Assembly: GCA_016840855.1 (NCBI GenBank)
Contig: JAEORO010000072.1
Span: 1-14,416 of the forward strand
Length of the DNA stretch: 14,416 bases
Origin: Candidatus Thorarchaeota archaeon
GTDB lineage: Archaea > Asgardarchaeota > Thorarchaeia > Thorarchaeales > Thorarchaeaceae
Direction of reading: 5' to 3'
Of this stretch, positions 14,399 through 14,416 are shown one piece after another. Within the stretch, counting starts at the first letter, position 1, and each line of letters starts with the position of its first letter. The translations under genes and the position numbers were made by a program. Under the pieces are notes generated by a model. The model was not told where the DNA came from and made no database searches. It saw nothing but the letters and a program-made list of their open reading frames with translations.

Positions 14399-14416
14399 AT
14401 GACAAGTCTAGAAGAT
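14399..14416 (+). CDS. 5' end of the next gene (MTSLED...), product unknown
   Basis: GGAGGA at 14384-14389 followed by ATG at 14399, open to the window end. Only 6 codons are visible. Confidence 0.55.

Overview
Archaeal genomic DNA, most likely from an Asgard archaeon. Thorarchaeia is the best guess, inferred from the gene content (Rab-like GTPase, longin-domain protein, 'IDLSPL' LRR protein, NosD-type surface proteins) and from TATA/BRE-type promoters. From left to right, the window holds: two tandem paralogous beta-helix (NosD/CASH) cell-surface proteins on the minus strand, the first truncated by the window edge; a plus-strand cluster made of a small hypothetical protein, a longin + double winged-helix protein resembling the GATOR1 subunit NPRL2, a small helical protein, a Rab-like GTPase with an atypical G3 box (DLGSQ) and a membrane-anchored M23-family metallopeptidase; a membrane-anchored BPL-N/GATase1-fold protein lacking its catalytic Cys; a GT-C (GT87-like) glycosyltransferase with an extra N-terminal domain; a NIF3/DUF34 protein; a small wHTH protein; an LLM-class F420-dependent oxidoreductase; a membrane-tethered LRR protein; a VAO/PCMH-family FAD oxidoreductase; and the first codons of a next gene. 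The most interesting element is the putative NPRL2-like / partner / Rab-like GTPase module at 3148-5354, a candidate proto-GATOR1-like small-GTPase regulatory system. No rRNA, tRNA, CRISPR array or mobile element was recognised. All family assignments come from motif recognition by eye; no searches were run.
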